From Candidatus Bathyarchaeia archaeon (lineage in GTDB: Archaea > Thermoproteota > Bathyarchaeia > Bathyarchaeales > DTEX01): 64,000 bases of DNA. Positions 18,567 through 29,178 of this stretch are shown here, in pieces. Numbering within the stretch: the first letter of the stretch is position 1; the number at the start of each line of letters is the position of its first letter. The DNA is taken from assembly GCA_038897035.1 (NCBI GenBank), contig JAWAXF010000006.1, positions 3,773-67,772 of the forward strand, given 5' to 3'. The notes beneath the pieces were generated by a model that had not been told where the DNA came from, searched no databases, and saw only the letters and a list, made by a program, of their open reading frames with translations. The translations under genes and the position numbers were made by a program.

Positions 18567-19712
18567 TTAGCTGGCCCTCCAGACGCTCTTAATGAATTCA
18601 TCGAAGAGGAATTCTGTATCGTATGGCCCGGGCGAAGCCTCAGGGTGCCATTGCACGGCAAATGAGGGGCCATCTCTAAACTTTATGCCTTCAACAGTCC
18701 TGTCGTTGGCATTTATGAACCAGCACTCTAGGCCTGTCCCCTCAAGGGACTCTGCCCTAACCGCGTACCCGTGGTTCTGGATCGTTATGTAGCATAGACC
18801 TGTCTTTAGGTCTAGCGCTGGCTGGTTCTGGGACCTATGCCCATACCTGAGCTTATATGTATCCCCGCCCATGGCCAGCGCCATAATTTGGTTCCCAAGG
18901 CATATGCCCATCATGGGCAGCCCTTCCCCGATCAGGGCTCTAACTGTCTCAATAGTTCCCCCGCACATTTTCGGGTCCCCAGGACCATTACTTATTAGGA
19001 CCCCGCCTGGCTTGAGCTCAAGGATTTCCTTCGCTTGGAAATTATATGGGACTCTTACCACGTCCACGCTACGCTTGAGTAAGCACCTTAATATCCCAGC
19101 CTTAATGCCGCAGTCTATCACGACCACCCTAACCCTTCCACCACACTCATAGTATCCCGGTTCCTTAACCGAGACCTCTCCAACCAAGTTAGTTTTGTTT
19201 GGGTCTGGGACCCTCTTGACCTCCTCAAGAAGCCTATCTATATTTGGCTCCTCGCCCTCCCTGCAGACCTCAAGTATCCCGAGCATAACGCCCCTCTCTC
19301 TAAGCTTCTTTGTCAGACACCTAGTGTCAATTCCATATATTCCAGGGACACCCTCCTCCCTAAGCCACTCATCCAGAGTCTTCCTCGAAGCCCAGTGATG
19401 CGGTCTTAAGCATAGCTCTTGGATAACTAGGCCCCTAACCTTAATTCCGGTTGACTCAAAACTGATCGGTATGCCAAACTTGTCATAATCATATTCTGGG
19501 ACACCGTAATTTCCAACTAGCGGATATGTTAGAACGAGGATCTGGCCGAGGTAAGATGGATCTGTAAGGGACTCCGGGTAACCAACCATGCCAGTTGAGA
19601 ATACAACCTCGCCGGAAACCTTCTTTACGGCCCCAAAACCTCTGCCGATGAAGAAGGACCCGTCCTCGAGAACTAGGGCCGCCTTACCTGCCCTCACATG
19701 GCGCGAGCCCAT
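18567..19712 (-). CDS. carA: Carbamoyl-phosphate synthase small (glutaminase) subunit
   Basis: GATase-1 catalytic motif GICLGNQ and the HG..FAVQWHPE box. 381 aa. Confidence 0.95.
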   Translation of the reverse strand: MGSRHVRAGKAALVLEDGSFFIGRGFGAVKKVSGEVVFSTGMVGYPESLTDPSYLGQILVLTYPLVGNYGVPEYDYDKFGIPISFESTGIKVRGLVIQELCLRPHHWASRKTLDEWLREEGVPGIYGIDTRCLTKKLRERGVMLGILEVCREGEEPNIDRLLEEVKRVPDPNKTNLVGEVSVKEPGYYECGGRVRVVVIDCGIKAGILRCLLKRSVDVVRVPYNFQAKEILELKPGGVLISNGPGDPKMCGGTIETVRALIGEGLPMMGICLGNQIMALAMGGDTYKLRYGHRSQNQPALDLKTGLCYITIQNHGYAVRAESLEGTGLECWFINANDRTVEGIKFRDGPSFAVQWHPEASPGPYDTEFLFDEFIKSVWRAS

Positions 19713-19753
19713 TATCTTGGAAAAACCCTCCTTAAAACTTGAGGAAGCAATAT

Positions 19754-21262
19754 TTAAACGTTACTATCATGTTTGTACACCCCGGTTGATGCGGAAGCAT
19801 ATAGCCTCACTATTGAGCTAAGCTTACTCTTCGAGCTGGTAATCCGCTTCCTTAGGCTGGCCACCTCCTCCTTAAAACTGTCCAGTGAGTGTATCCTTTC
19901 AGAGAGCATCCTCTTAACCTCACTGCTAGAGGGGCCGCCTTTAACCCCGTGGGATTCGAGGAAGCCCTCTAAGCTTATAATCCGGCGTAAATCTTCCTCC
20001 CTGACATTGATTGGTTTCTTAAAAAGGTGAGACGAAACCTCCGCGAAGAGGGACGGTGTAACATCGCTTAACGTTTTCCCAGAATTTATCAACACCTTCA
20101 CTAGGTAGCCTACAATCTTATGCGCAACCCTGAAGGGAAGATTATATTCTCTTACGAGCATGTTAGCAATTTCCGTGGCGGCCATAAAGCCCAGAAAGGG
20201 TCTGTTAAAAACTTCAACCTTAACCCTTACACCTCTGATTAGATCTGAGAGAAGCTTAAGGGACTCGCGGGCGATATCACAGGCGTCCCAGAGCTTTGGG
20301 GTTGCCTCTTGAAAGTCCAGGTTGTAGGTTGATGGGAGCCCCTTTAATATCATTGACGCTGCCATGAAATCGCTTATAATGAGACTCATCCTAGCCCTCA
20401 TAACTTCTAGGACATCTGGGTTCTTCTTTTGCGGCATTATGCTGCTCGTTGATGTGAACTCTTCTGGGAGGTCTATTAGGTTGAACTCCATAGAGGACCA
20501 TAATATTAGATCCTCAATGAAGTGGCTTAGATTAACCGCCATAATGGATAGTGCCGCTAAAACCTCTAGAAGGAAATCCCTTGATCTAACTGCATCAATG
20601 GAATTCTCAACCAGCCCATTGAAGCCGAGCAGCTCTGCAACCCTCTCGCGGCTTATTGGGAAGCTTGTTGTCGCAAGGGCCCCGGCGCCCATTGGGCATA
20701 GGTTAGCACGTCTATAGGCGTCCAGAAGCCTCTCTATGTCTCTCTGTAAGGCATCAAACTGCGCCAGCAGGTAATGGGCGAATGTTGTTGGCTGGGCTGG
20801 CTGGAGGTGAGTGTAACCTGGGATTATTACGTCAATATTTTTCTCAGCAACCTCAAGTAATGACTCTTGGAGAGCTAGCGCCGCATCTAGTATGCCGAGG
20901 ATTTCATCTCGCAACGCCATTCTTATGGCCGTTGCCACCTGATCATTTCTACTTTTGGCAATGTTAATGTTTCCGCCGACATCCATTCCAGCCCTCCTTA
21001 TAACCTCCTCCTCGACAATGACGTGAACATCCTCGACGTCAGACCTTAAGGGGAAGCTCTCGTCCAACTCCAGAAGCACATTCAGAATTCTTAAGCCATC
21101 ATCCTTAGGGATTATCCCCCCTTCAATGAGCATTATTATATGAGCCTTGTTCACATCCAAGACATATTTAAGTATCTTCACATCAGACTTCACTGACGAG
21201 ACAAATTTTAGGGCATCTTCCTTTAGACCCGCTACTCTACCGCCCTTAAGAACCCCAGACAA
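19754..21262 (-). CDS. argH: Argininosuccinate lyase (with a ~40-aa C-terminal extension)
   Basis: Fumarase/lyase signature SSIMPQKKNPD. Adjacent to argG. Confidence 0.9.
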   Translation of the reverse strand: MSGVLKGGRVAGLKEDALKFVSSVKSDVKILKYVLDVNKAHIIMLIEGGIIPKDDGLRILNVLLELDESFPLRSDVEDVHVIVEEEVIRRAGMDVGGNINIAKSRNDQVATAIRMALRDEILGILDAALALQESLLEVAEKNIDVIIPGYTHLQPAQPTTFAHYLLAQFDALQRDIERLLDAYRRANLCPMGAGALATTSFPISRERVAELLGFNGLVENSIDAVRSRDFLLEVLAALSIMAVNLSHFIEDLILWSSMEFNLIDLPEEFTSTSSIMPQKKNPDVLEVMRARMSLIISDFMAASMILKGLPSTYNLDFQEATPKLWDACDIARESLKLLSDLIRGVRVKVEVFNRPFLGFMAATEIANMLVREYNLPFRVAHKIVGYLVKVLINSGKTLSDVTPSLFAEVSSHLFKKPINVREEDLRRIISLEGFLESHGVKGGPSSSEVKRMLSERIHSLDSFKEEVASLRKRITSSKSKLSSIVRLYASASTGVYKHDSNV

Positions 21263-21265
21263 TAC

Positions 21266-22468
21266 TTAAGTCCTCCGAGCCCTCCTAAGAGCTCTCGCAA
21301 CCCTAGTTGCCAACCCCCATAGCTCTATGAAGCCGCTCGCGGCGCTCTGGTCAAACGTTGAATCAATGCTGTATGTGGCTAAGCTCATATCATAGAGCGA
21401 GTAGGGTGACAATCTGCCAACAACTTGGGCGTAGCCCTTATACAGTTTGACCCTAACCTCACCGACAACCCTCTCTTGGGTCTTATCAATAAAAACGTCT
21501 AAGTCCTCCCTCAGCGGATCCATCCATAACCCAGCATATACAAGGTAAGCCCATTCTAAATCAACATGCTGCTTAAAGAGGACTTCGTGCCTAGTAAAAA
21601 CGAGTTTCTCAAGATCCCTGTGAGCCTCTATTATCACGGTTGCAGCCGGGCACTCATAGACCTCGCGGGACTTTATCCCAACAAGGCGATCCTCCATGTG
21701 ATCTATTCTCCCAATACCATGCTTCCCAGCAATTTTGTTAAGTGTTTCGATCAGCTCAACTGGGTTCATGAGTACGCCGTTAAGGGACTTTGGGACGCCT
21801 TCCTCGAAGCCAATTGTCACATATTCAGGCTCTTCAGGAGCCTTCTCCGGGGGAACTGTCCATTCGAATGCGTCTTCCGGGGGCTCTCTCTCCGGGTAAT
21901 CAAGCACACCGCATTCTATTGAGCGGCCCCAGAGGTTCTGGTCTATGCTATAGGGTTTATCCTTATCCACCGGGATTGGTATGCCGTGTTTTTTGGCATA
22001 TTCTATCTCAGCGTCACGTGTCATCCCCCACTCCCTAATGGGCGCTATAATCTTGAGCTTCGGGTTTAACGCCTTAACCGAAATTTCTATTCTGACCTGG
22101 TCATTGCCTTTTCCGGTACACCCGTGTGCAACAGCATCAGCGCCTTCCAGCTCGGCGACCTCAACAAGCTTGGAAGCTATGAGTGGTCTGGAGAGAGCAG
22201 TACTGACGGGATACTTCCCCTCATAAAGCGCGTTCGCCCTAATCGCCGGAAAAACATAGTTTTTAACGAACTCTTCCTTAGTGTCTATAGAATGATGCCT
22301 TAACACGCCAAGCTTATAGGCCTTCTCTTCAATAGCTTTCAAATTCTCCTTTTGTCCAACGTCAAGCGTAACGGTTATGACATCAGCGTCATATTTCTCC
22401 TGAAGCCATTTTATCATCACAGATGTATCGAGCCCGCCGGAATAGGCCAAGACTATTTTCTTTCTCAT
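21266..22468 (-). CDS. argG: Argininosuccinate synthase
   Basis: N-terminal ATP-binding AYSGGLDTS, plus the [11 protein letters not shown] motif. Confidence 0.95.
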   Translation of the reverse strand: MRKKIVLAYSGGLDTSVMIKWLQEKYDADVITVTLDVGQKENLKAIEEKAYKLGVLRHHSIDTKEEFVKNYVFPAIRANALYEGKYPVSTALSRPLIASKLVEVAELEGADAVAHGCTGKGNDQVRIEISVKALNPKLKIIAPIREWGMTRDAEIEYAKKHGIPIPVDKDKPYSIDQNLWGRSIECGVLDYPEREPPEDAFEWTVPPEKAPEEPEYVTIGFEEGVPKSLNGVLMNPVELIETLNKIAGKHGIGRIDHMEDRLVGIKSREVYECPAATVIIEAHRDLEKLVFTRHEVLFKQHVDLEWAYLVYAGLWMDPLREDLDVFIDKTQERVVGEVRVKLYKGYAQVVGRLSPYSLYDMSLATYSIDSTFDQSAASGFIELWGLATRVARALRRARRT

Positions 22469-22562
22469 TTATCCAGCACCTGCTTAGGTAGTTTGCTGAG
22501 GAATAAGAATATATTTACTTTTCGACTAAAGTTATGACTGAGGTTATTTAAAGTGACCAAAA

Positions 22563-23255
22563 TTGGTCAAGCAATCATTAACGAAGATAGTTCAGGAAAT
22601 TGTTGAGGATGACGTCTTAATCAAAGATGCTTTGGAGAGAGACTATGCTAACGTCAGCGCGCTAGCGCGTCTTCTAAAACTTAAAGTGGAGGGTATTACC
22701 GGGGAAAGGGTAAATCTAAGTGGAATAATAACGGCCTTAAGGAGGGCTAAGGCGAAGCTAAAACCACTAATGGGAAAACATGTAGACGTCATAGCCAACA
22801 GCGTTATAACTATCAGAACCAGCCTGGCTAAAATATCTCTCGAAAAAACCAGAAAGAACCTCGAAAGGGCAAGGGCCCTATCCATAAAGTTTCCAGAGGC
22901 TTTCTTTCAGGTACTTGAGGGAATAGAAACTCTAACCCTAATAGTGGACCAAAGGATCCATGGTGGAGTTAGGCCAAAATTTAGGGGGGACGAAATTATT
23001 GATGAGAAGTTAGACTTGGCAGCTATAATAATTCAGAGCCCAAAGGAGATAGTTGAGACGCCGGGCTGCATAGCAGAGTTCTACGGAGCATTAGCGAGAA
23101 AAGGAATAAATATAGAAGAAACCATAAGCTGCTCCACAGAGACTATAATAGTGTTAGAAACGAGGGACTCGTTAAGAGCCTACGACACACTAATGAGTTT
23201 AATAGAAGAGTTCAGAGGGAAAATAGGTGCACCAAAAATATCAAAGTTAACTTAG
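22563..23255 (+). CDS. ACT-domain-containing putative amino-acid-responsive regulator
   Basis: The C-terminal PGCIAEFYGALARKGINIEETISCSTETIIVLE looks like an ACT fold. Divergent from the arg/car cluster. TTG start. Confidence 0.4.
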   Translation: MVKQSLTKIVQEIVEDDVLIKDALERDYANVSALARLLKLKVEGITGERVNLSGIITALRRAKAKLKPLMGKHVDVIANSVITIRTSLAKISLEKTRKNLERARALSIKFPEAFFQVLEGIETLTLIVDQRIHGGVRPKFRGDEIIDEKLDLAAIIIQSPKEIVETPGCIAEFYGALARKGINIEETISCSTETIIVLETRDSLRAYDTLMSLIEEFRGKIGAPKISKLT

Positions 23256-23304
23256 TTAATATCTCATTTTTAAGTTAACTCCATTATGCGAATTAGTTGA
23301 TGAC

Positions 23305-24594
23305 TTATATATTGCATTGAGAGATATTCGCGCTATACAGACACTCGCTACAGCTCGGCTTATTCATAAAGCAGTCCATACTGTTGGTCTCTGTGAAGAA
23401 GCATTTAAACATGGAATATAGACAATCGCCACACCATGGTACATTTTCAGGCATTTTCTCTCTAACTTCTCTAAAGGCTGCATACTCCTTTTTATTCCAT
23501 ATATTTATGATGCCCTCACGCTTTGAGTCTCCGAATATAACGGGATTTACGATTTTAGTGTGCATGTTGACATAAACTGGATGTTTATAGGCAAACTCTT
23601 GGCAAGGCGCAATTGCACCATCCGACCTAATAAACGCTGCTTTTTTATCAACGTAGGGACATCTTCTATCTTTGGCATCCGGATACAAGTTTGGAAGGCT
23701 TAAAAATACGCCATTTTCGCGGGCTATTTTCCGGCTTAACTCAAATATCTTTTCAATTTCCTCGATTATAGAGACCCTTTCTATAGATTCAAACAGAAGC
23801 GGAAGGTTAATCCAGTATCCGGCCTCCTCAGCCTCCCTCCAAAACTTATCGATAATTCTGGAGAGACTAGACTCGATTTCGGCACTATAGATGACACTAA
23901 ACATTTCATAAATTGCATCTAATATGGCTCTACGCCCATACTTTAGAATCGGTTTAACTATTTCCAGTGGTTTTTTGCTTATTGTGACGTATAAGGCTTC
24001 ATGAGACATTTTCTCCGTATATGGTATAATGTTGGAGACCATGATATAATCAACATCTTCTTTGGCCATCCTCTCAACTAAAGATGGAAGATCTTTAAAG
24101 TTATCTTTCATTAAAACGACCTCAATGCCCAATTTAGAATGAATTTTATAGAGTTTTTTCATCTTCGCAATAAAGTGGATATTCTCAAGAAGCATTTTTG
24201 GTTCAGATCCCTTCCTAACACGCTTAAGCTTATGGATATCAATTGTGTCTATTGAGAAGGAAATATTATCAACACCAATCTTTAGCACTCTCTCAGATAA
24301 GTTCGCGTTTAACATAGATCCATTTGTGCTTACGACGATTTCAGAGTCCTTCGGCAGGATTTCTCTTGCAATTTTGAGCATCTTGATGAAATTTGGGTTA
24401 ATGAATGGCTCACCGAACCCATAAAGTATAATCTTTCTTAGATATTGAGAAATGGACCTGAGAACCCTTCTATATAGATCCAAGCTCAAGTCCACGAGGT
24501 TAGCACCCCAAAAATGTCTTATGCACATATAACAGTTAAAGTTACATCTATTCGTAACTTCTATCTGTAGGGCTTCTGGGTAATCCTTATCCAT
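23305..24594 (-). CDS. Radical SAM protein with a C-terminal SPASM/twitch-type Cys-rich domain (tungsten-cofactor-oxidoreductase-associated maturase type)
   Basis: CNFNCYMC (CxxxCxxC) lies near the N-terminus. The C-terminal part has multiple Cys (CPYV, APCQEF, CGDCLYSMFKC, CSEC). Downstream of the AOR and MoaD-like genes on the same strand. Confidence 0.8.
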   Translation of the reverse strand: MDKDYPEALQIEVTNRCNFNCYMCIRHFWGANLVDLSLDLYRRVLRSISQYLRKIILYGFGEPFINPNFIKMLKIAREILPKDSEIVVSTNGSMLNANLSERVLKIGVDNISFSIDTIDIHKLKRVRKGSEPKMLLENIHFIAKMKKLYKIHSKLGIEVVLMKDNFKDLPSLVERMAKEDVDYIMVSNIIPYTEKMSHEALYVTISKKPLEIVKPILKYGRRAILDAIYEMFSVIYSAEIESSLSRIIDKFWREAEEAGYWINLPLLFESIERVSIIEEIEKIFELSRKIARENGVFLSLPNLYPDAKDRRCPYVDKKAAFIRSDGAIAPCQEFAYKHPVYVNMHTKIVNPVIFGDSKREGIINIWNKKEYAAFREVREKMPENVPWCGDCLYSMFKCFFTETNSMDCFMNKPSCSECLYSANISQCNI

Positions 24595-24616
24595 AAGCGC
24601 GCCCTTTAGGTGATGT

Positions 24617-24910
24617 TTAGCCGCCAGCTAATGGCGGGAAAATGGCTACTACATCCTGGTCTTTTAGCACGATGTTTCCTTTTAGATCCTTAATGTTTCT
24701 GCCGTTAATCATGAGGGTGATATCCTCTCTAATTTTCCCAAGTTCCTCGTCATAAATGTCCCTAAGGAACTCTTTGCCAAGAACCTCTGACGCGCTCTCA
24801 ATTAAACTCTTTATAGAACCATTACAATTAACCACAAGTTCCTTAGTATGATACTTATCCCTAAGGGTAGCAAAAAGCAATATTTTGACTGATACGCTAG
24901 GCATTTCCAC
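24617..24910 (-). CDS. MoaD/ThiS/SAMP-type small ubiquitin-fold protein
   Basis: 97 aa ending ...VAIFPPLAGG-stop (C-terminal di-glycine). Lies between the AOR and radical SAM genes. Confidence 0.7.
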   Translation of the reverse strand: MEMPSVSVKILLFATLRDKYHTKELVVNCNGSIKSLIESASEVLGKEFLRDIYDEELGKIREDITLMINGRNIKDLKGNIVLKDQDVVAIFPPLAGG

Positions 24911-24971
24911 ATCACTAGGTTATTACTAGTTGAAAACAAAAATAAAAGAATATAGAGGGAAAATGCCTGTT

Positions 24972-26834
24972 CTAAAATTCGATTTCGAGTTCTTTTAGTT
25001 TCTCAGCCGTCGGCGCCCCGTTAACCCAGCCTCTAAGCCTATAATATTCTTCCTTAATATCTTCTAGTTTAATCACATGCCCCTTAGCCGGTCCTTCAGG
25101 CATTGGTTCCTCAAGCAAGCGCTTAGGTAGGGTATCATCTTTGCCATCAAAACCGAGCTTATTTATTATAATCCTCTCCAAATTATATATTCTCTCACCG
25201 ATCCTTAGGATATCATCCTCAGATAAAGACCAGCCTGTAACGGCTGAAAGTAGCTCAGCATAGTCTTTTACCCCTAGGGCGAAAGTTGCGAATAAGCAAT
25301 TAACTGTTGAGTTGACGACGCATGTAAAGTCCTGGAAGAGTTTAACCCATTTAGCCTTACCTTCCAGCTTCAGGGGATCCGTTTTCTCCGGGATCCCTAA
25401 AATCTCCGATGAAATAGTATATCCAGATACATGGCACCCTCCCCTATTCGCCGTAGCATAATCCAAGCCTATACCTTTTATAGCTCTAGGATCGTAGGCT
25501 GGCATCTCAAGCCCTTTAACACTCATCGAAAGCTCCGGGTGGCCATAGATTTCACATAACTTTTTTGAGCCAAGGGCCAAATACTTGCCGAACCCAGCCT
25601 TATACGCTGTCCGCCAAGTAGCCTCAACAAGGGCGGTAGAGTTTCCAAATCTTAAATCTAGGCCCTGAAGATCCTCCTTAGGTATATAGCCCCTTTCATT
25701 CAATTCCATTGCGGCCGCTATTGTTGAGCCTAAGCTAATGGGATCCATTCCAAACTCATCACAGTAATGGTTAGCCTTAACTATCGCATCCAGGTCACTA
25801 ACACCCGTTGCGCTTCCCAGCGCCCATATTGACTCATATTCTGGGCCCTCCGTTTCAAGAATTTGGAAGGGGCCGGAGGGGACTCTCGTAACTCTTCCGC
25901 ATCCTATAATGCATCCCCAGCAAGCTCTTCTATGAATTAAGTAAGTCGCGGCTAGTGTCTCACCACTTATTTTGTCAGCATCCGGGTTCACGCCACTCTG
26001 CCAATTTTTGTAGGGCAAAGCTCCGGCAGCATTTATGATGTTTATTAAGATTGATGTACCATAGGTTGGCAGCCCCTCGCCAGTAACTCGGTTCTTCCTC
26101 ATAGTTTCTAGGCATCTTCTAGAAACCTCCTTAAATTTATCCGGATTCGCTATCGGAACCTCTTTCTCGCCGGAGACGACTATAGCCTTTAGCTTCTTCG
26201 AGCCCATGACTGCGCCCAACCCGGTTCTTCCAGCGGCCCTATGCTCATCGTTCATTATACATGCCATGCTGACAAGGTTCTCGCCGGCCGGCCCGATGCA
26301 TGCAACACTAACATTTTTGCCACCTACCCTTCTAGCCAATATTCTACACGTATCAAAGACATTTTTACCCCAAAGATCCCTCGCGCTCCTCAACTCAACG
26401 GAGCCATCAATAATTGAGAGGTAAACCGGGCTCTCCGCCGCACCTTCAATAACAATCATATCATAACCTGAGAATTTTAAGAAGGGACCCCACTCACCGC
26501 CCGAATTAGCGCTTCCAATAGAGCCAGTCAAGGGAGACCTTAAAGCCATAACATGATATCTGCCAGAGCACGGAAAACCCTGTATGCCCGTTCCCGGACC
26601 AGTCGCAAAGATTAGTATATTTTCTGGCCCCAGAGGGTTTATGTCCGCTGGCAAAATACCTTTTGATTCATACTCCTTTAAATATCTATGGAGTAGGTAG
26701 ACCGTATAGCCCTTCCCGCCAAGATACTTCTTGGCAATGTCCTCTAAAACCAGCTCAGACTTTAATGACCCGGCAGATAAATCAACCTTTAAAATTTTCC
26801 CCATATATCCGCCTGGCATTCTAGAAACACCCAA
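24972..26834 (-). CDS. aor: Aldehyde:ferredoxin oxidoreductase family (tungstopterin enzyme); the true start is probably the third Met (~26804)
   Basis: GKILKVDLS N-terminus, CWGCIIGCGR and GLDYATANRGGCH boxes, ~610 aa. Confidence 0.9.
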   Translation of the reverse strand: MGVSRMPGGYMGKILKVDLSAGSLKSELVLEDIAKKYLGGKGYTVYLLHRYLKEYESKGILPADINPLGPENILIFATGPGTGIQGFPCSGRYHVMALRSPLTGSIGSANSGGEWGPFLKFSGYDMIVIEGAAESPVYLSIIDGSVELRSARDLWGKNVFDTCRILARRVGGKNVSVACIGPAGENLVSMACIMNDEHRAAGRTGLGAVMGSKKLKAIVVSGEKEVPIANPDKFKEVSRRCLETMRKNRVTGEGLPTYGTSILINIINAAGALPYKNWQSGVNPDADKISGETLAATYLIHRRACWGCIIGCGRVTRVPSGPFQILETEGPEYESIWALGSATGVSDLDAIVKANHYCDEFGMDPISLGSTIAAAMELNERGYIPKEDLQGLDLRFGNSTALVEATWRTAYKAGFGKYLALGSKKLCEIYGHPELSMSVKGLEMPAYDPRAIKGIGLDYATANRGGCHVSGYTISSEILGIPEKTDPLKLEGKAKWVKLFQDFTCVVNSTVNCLFATFALGVKDYAELLSAVTGWSLSEDDILRIGERIYNLERIIINKLGFDGKDDTLPKRLLEEPMPEGPAKGHVIKLEDIKEEYYRLRGWVNGAPTAEKLKELEIEF

Positions 26835-26971
26835 AAATAATTTTTCTTCAACAACGGCATATATAGTTTAGGGTTAAATTCTTTAAAGGATAAAACTGGG
26901 AATGTATTTTGACGATCCATAAAATTAGAACTCGCTGAAAAAGCAATATCAGGGTAGATGGGGGATGATGG

Positions 26972-27478
26972 TTATGCCCTTTCATTTAGCATATTTACTG
27001 CAAGAGAAAGTGCCCTTTCAATATTGTTCTTAAGCTTCATGTTATATAGCGCTGCCGCGGGATGGTAAGAGGGAACTAAATAAGTTTTCTCCCCCCAAAA
27101 CCTGGTTTCAAGCGTTTTCCCTTGAACTTCGCTTAAAGTCATGAATTTTATGCCAGCCTTTGAAAAAATGTATGCTGTTGAGTGCCTACCAAACGAGACT
27201 ATTATTTTAGGTCTTATTAAATCCAGCTGCCTATTAAGGTAAGGGTCGCAAGCTTTAACTTCTTCTGAACGTGGATCTCTGTTTCCTGGCGGTCTGCACT
27301 TAACCACATTAGGTATATAAACGCTTTCTCTTATGAGACCGACCTTCCTAAGAAGCTCGTTAAGTAGCCTTCCAGCGGAGCCTACAAAGGGCTTGCCCTT
27401 AATATCCTCCCAGTAGCCTGGGGCCTCACCGACGAAAATGATGTTGGCGTTTATATCGCCGTCGCCTACAACGGGCAT
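26972..27478 (-). CDS. udg: Family-4-type uracil-DNA glycosylase; the N-terminal CxxC segment lies in another frame (27469..27549)
   Basis: Motifs GEAPG, FVGSAGRLL, KCRPP and HPAAALY. See the finding on the frame break. Confidence 0.8.
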   Translation of the reverse strand: MPVVGDGDINANIIFVGEAPGYWEDIKGKPFVGSAGRLLNELLRKVGLIRESVYIPNVVKCRPPGNRDPRSEEVKACDPYLNRQLDLIRPKIIVSFGRHSTAYIFSKAGIKFMTLSEVQGKTLETRFWGEKTYLVPSYHPAAALYNMKLKNNIERALSLAVNMLNERA

Positions 27479-27627
27479 TTCTTACATTTGCTTACTTCCT
27501 CAGATAATTGCCTAAAAGCCTCTAGTTTTAATTGATAATCTGAGACCATTTTTAGTAAGCCCTCCCGCTTTCATACATGTGGTCCAGATATTATAGCTTA
27601 GAGCGCCTAAATTAATAGCCATGCTGG

Positions 27628-29178
27628 CTATACTTCTATAAATTGAACATTATTTTCGGTCAATTTTAGGAAAACCTTCATAGCGATTAAGGAGTAGATG
27701 AGTGCGCCCGAGGGGGCTACTATATTTGAGATTACATTTAAATTGGGAGGAGACAATGCGGCCAGAACATATATTGGTGCTAAGAGAAGAAATAGGAGTG
27801 ACATTGATAACCAGCCTACGAGGAATGATGGAGCGCCTTTTCGCCTTTTCCTGAGAAATTTAACAGCCACGTAGAGGTTTACTGAGCAGCCTATTAGTGA
27901 AGTTGGAATTAAAATTGCTAATGCCGGGATGGGATTAACGCCATAGAAAACCGACATTGGTAATATTATTGCTGTGGGGATGCCGAGGGATACTGTTATG
28001 AAACTATACAATGTTGCCTTAATAATTGATCGAACATCGGCTCCAGAAGATAACGGCAACCAAAGATTCCTCGATTCCAAAATTCTCCAGTTGCCAGTAA
28101 GCATTACTGGTATTATCGCTGAATAAATGCTAAGTATAAAGAGGAGGGGGGAGGACCCAGACGCAAATGGAAAACCAACGGCGGCAAAGACAACGGAGAG
28201 AATCGCATATATCAGAATTATTGTAAAGAGACTTCCCTCACGCGCTATCCTAATAATCTCCTTTTTTATCAAAAAGGCGAGTAAGGATTTTGATTCAAGG
28301 CTCAGGGAGAGAGGTATATTCACTCTGGAGAAAAACCGAATATTACTCTCCATCTTAAATGCCTGCGTTCTTGCTGAAACGTCAAAAGGCGATATTAGCG
28401 GAATTTGGGTCGTGAATGGAAAGAAATTTCTTCTGGATGCAAAAGTAAAGAGGGTGAGTGAAATTATGAAGAAGAGTGCAAAGCCCAAGAGATCTGGGAG
28501 ATAAAAGCTCCCATGTAGGATCGTATTAATTAGGATCCTCGCAAAGAGGGATGAAGGGTAGGGTAACATATTATACCTAGGCAGTGACTGCATAAAGATG
28601 CCGACGGTGGGGAACATGAGAATAAAGGCGGTAATTAGCATTAGAGCGCTAACCCACATCTTGCCATAGAACGCTTTCACCATAGAAAAGAACATTTTTA
28701 GGAAAATGATGGATATGGCAAGAAGGACTGAGGACAAGAAAATAATGGCTGCTTGAGCCAGTGAGAGACTAAGCGAGAGAATGATAAGCACGTATAGAAC
28801 GGATAATGGGGATGCGAAGATGATCAGATAGGTTAAATTGGTGAGGAAGTTTGCGATTAGGAACTCACCCGGGCGTAATGGCGATGTGAAAATAATATTC
28901 TGCTCATACTCGAAAGCGGTAACCCCCCTCAGAGATAACAGAATAGAAAACGCCATTAAAGCGCTAACTACGGCAGCTAAAATATCTATGTATAGCTCCG
29001 CATTAACGCCGCCCTGTCTTATAGCATCAGTGACGGTCAATGAAATACCAATCATGCTCGGGAGAAAAACAAAAACATAAACGAGTAACAGAGCTATGCT
29101 GGCCTTAGAAGCCCTAAGGGCCCCGAAGAAGACCTTAGTTTTAAGGGCATACAAATTCAAAATCATGCTTAGCCTCAT
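27628..29178 (-). CDS. Polytopic membrane protein, putative permease partner of the ABC ATPase
   Basis: 516 aa with >10 hydrophobic segments. Overlaps the stop of the upstream ABC ATPase gene by 4 nt. Confidence 0.6.
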   Translation of the reverse strand: MRLSMILNLYALKTKVFFGALRASKASIALLLVYVFVFLPSMIGISLTVTDAIRQGGVNAELYIDILAAVVSALMAFSILLSLRGVTAFEYEQNIIFTSPLRPGEFLIANFLTNLTYLIIFASPLSVLYVLIILSLSLSLAQAAIIFLSSVLLAISIIFLKMFFSMVKAFYGKMWVSALMLITAFILMFPTVGIFMQSLPRYNMLPYPSSLFARILINTILHGSFYLPDLLGFALFFIISLTLFTFASRRNFFPFTTQIPLISPFDVSARTQAFKMESNIRFFSRVNIPLSLSLESKSLLAFLIKKEIIRIAREGSLFTIILIYAILSVVFAAVGFPFASGSSPLLFILSIYSAIIPVMLTGNWRILESRNLWLPLSSGADVRSIIKATLYSFITVSLGIPTAIILPMSVFYGVNPIPALAILIPTSLIGCSVNLYVAVKFLRKRRKGAPSFLVGWLSMSLLFLLLAPIYVLAALSPPNLNVISNIVAPSGALIYSLIAMKVFLKLTENNVQFIEV

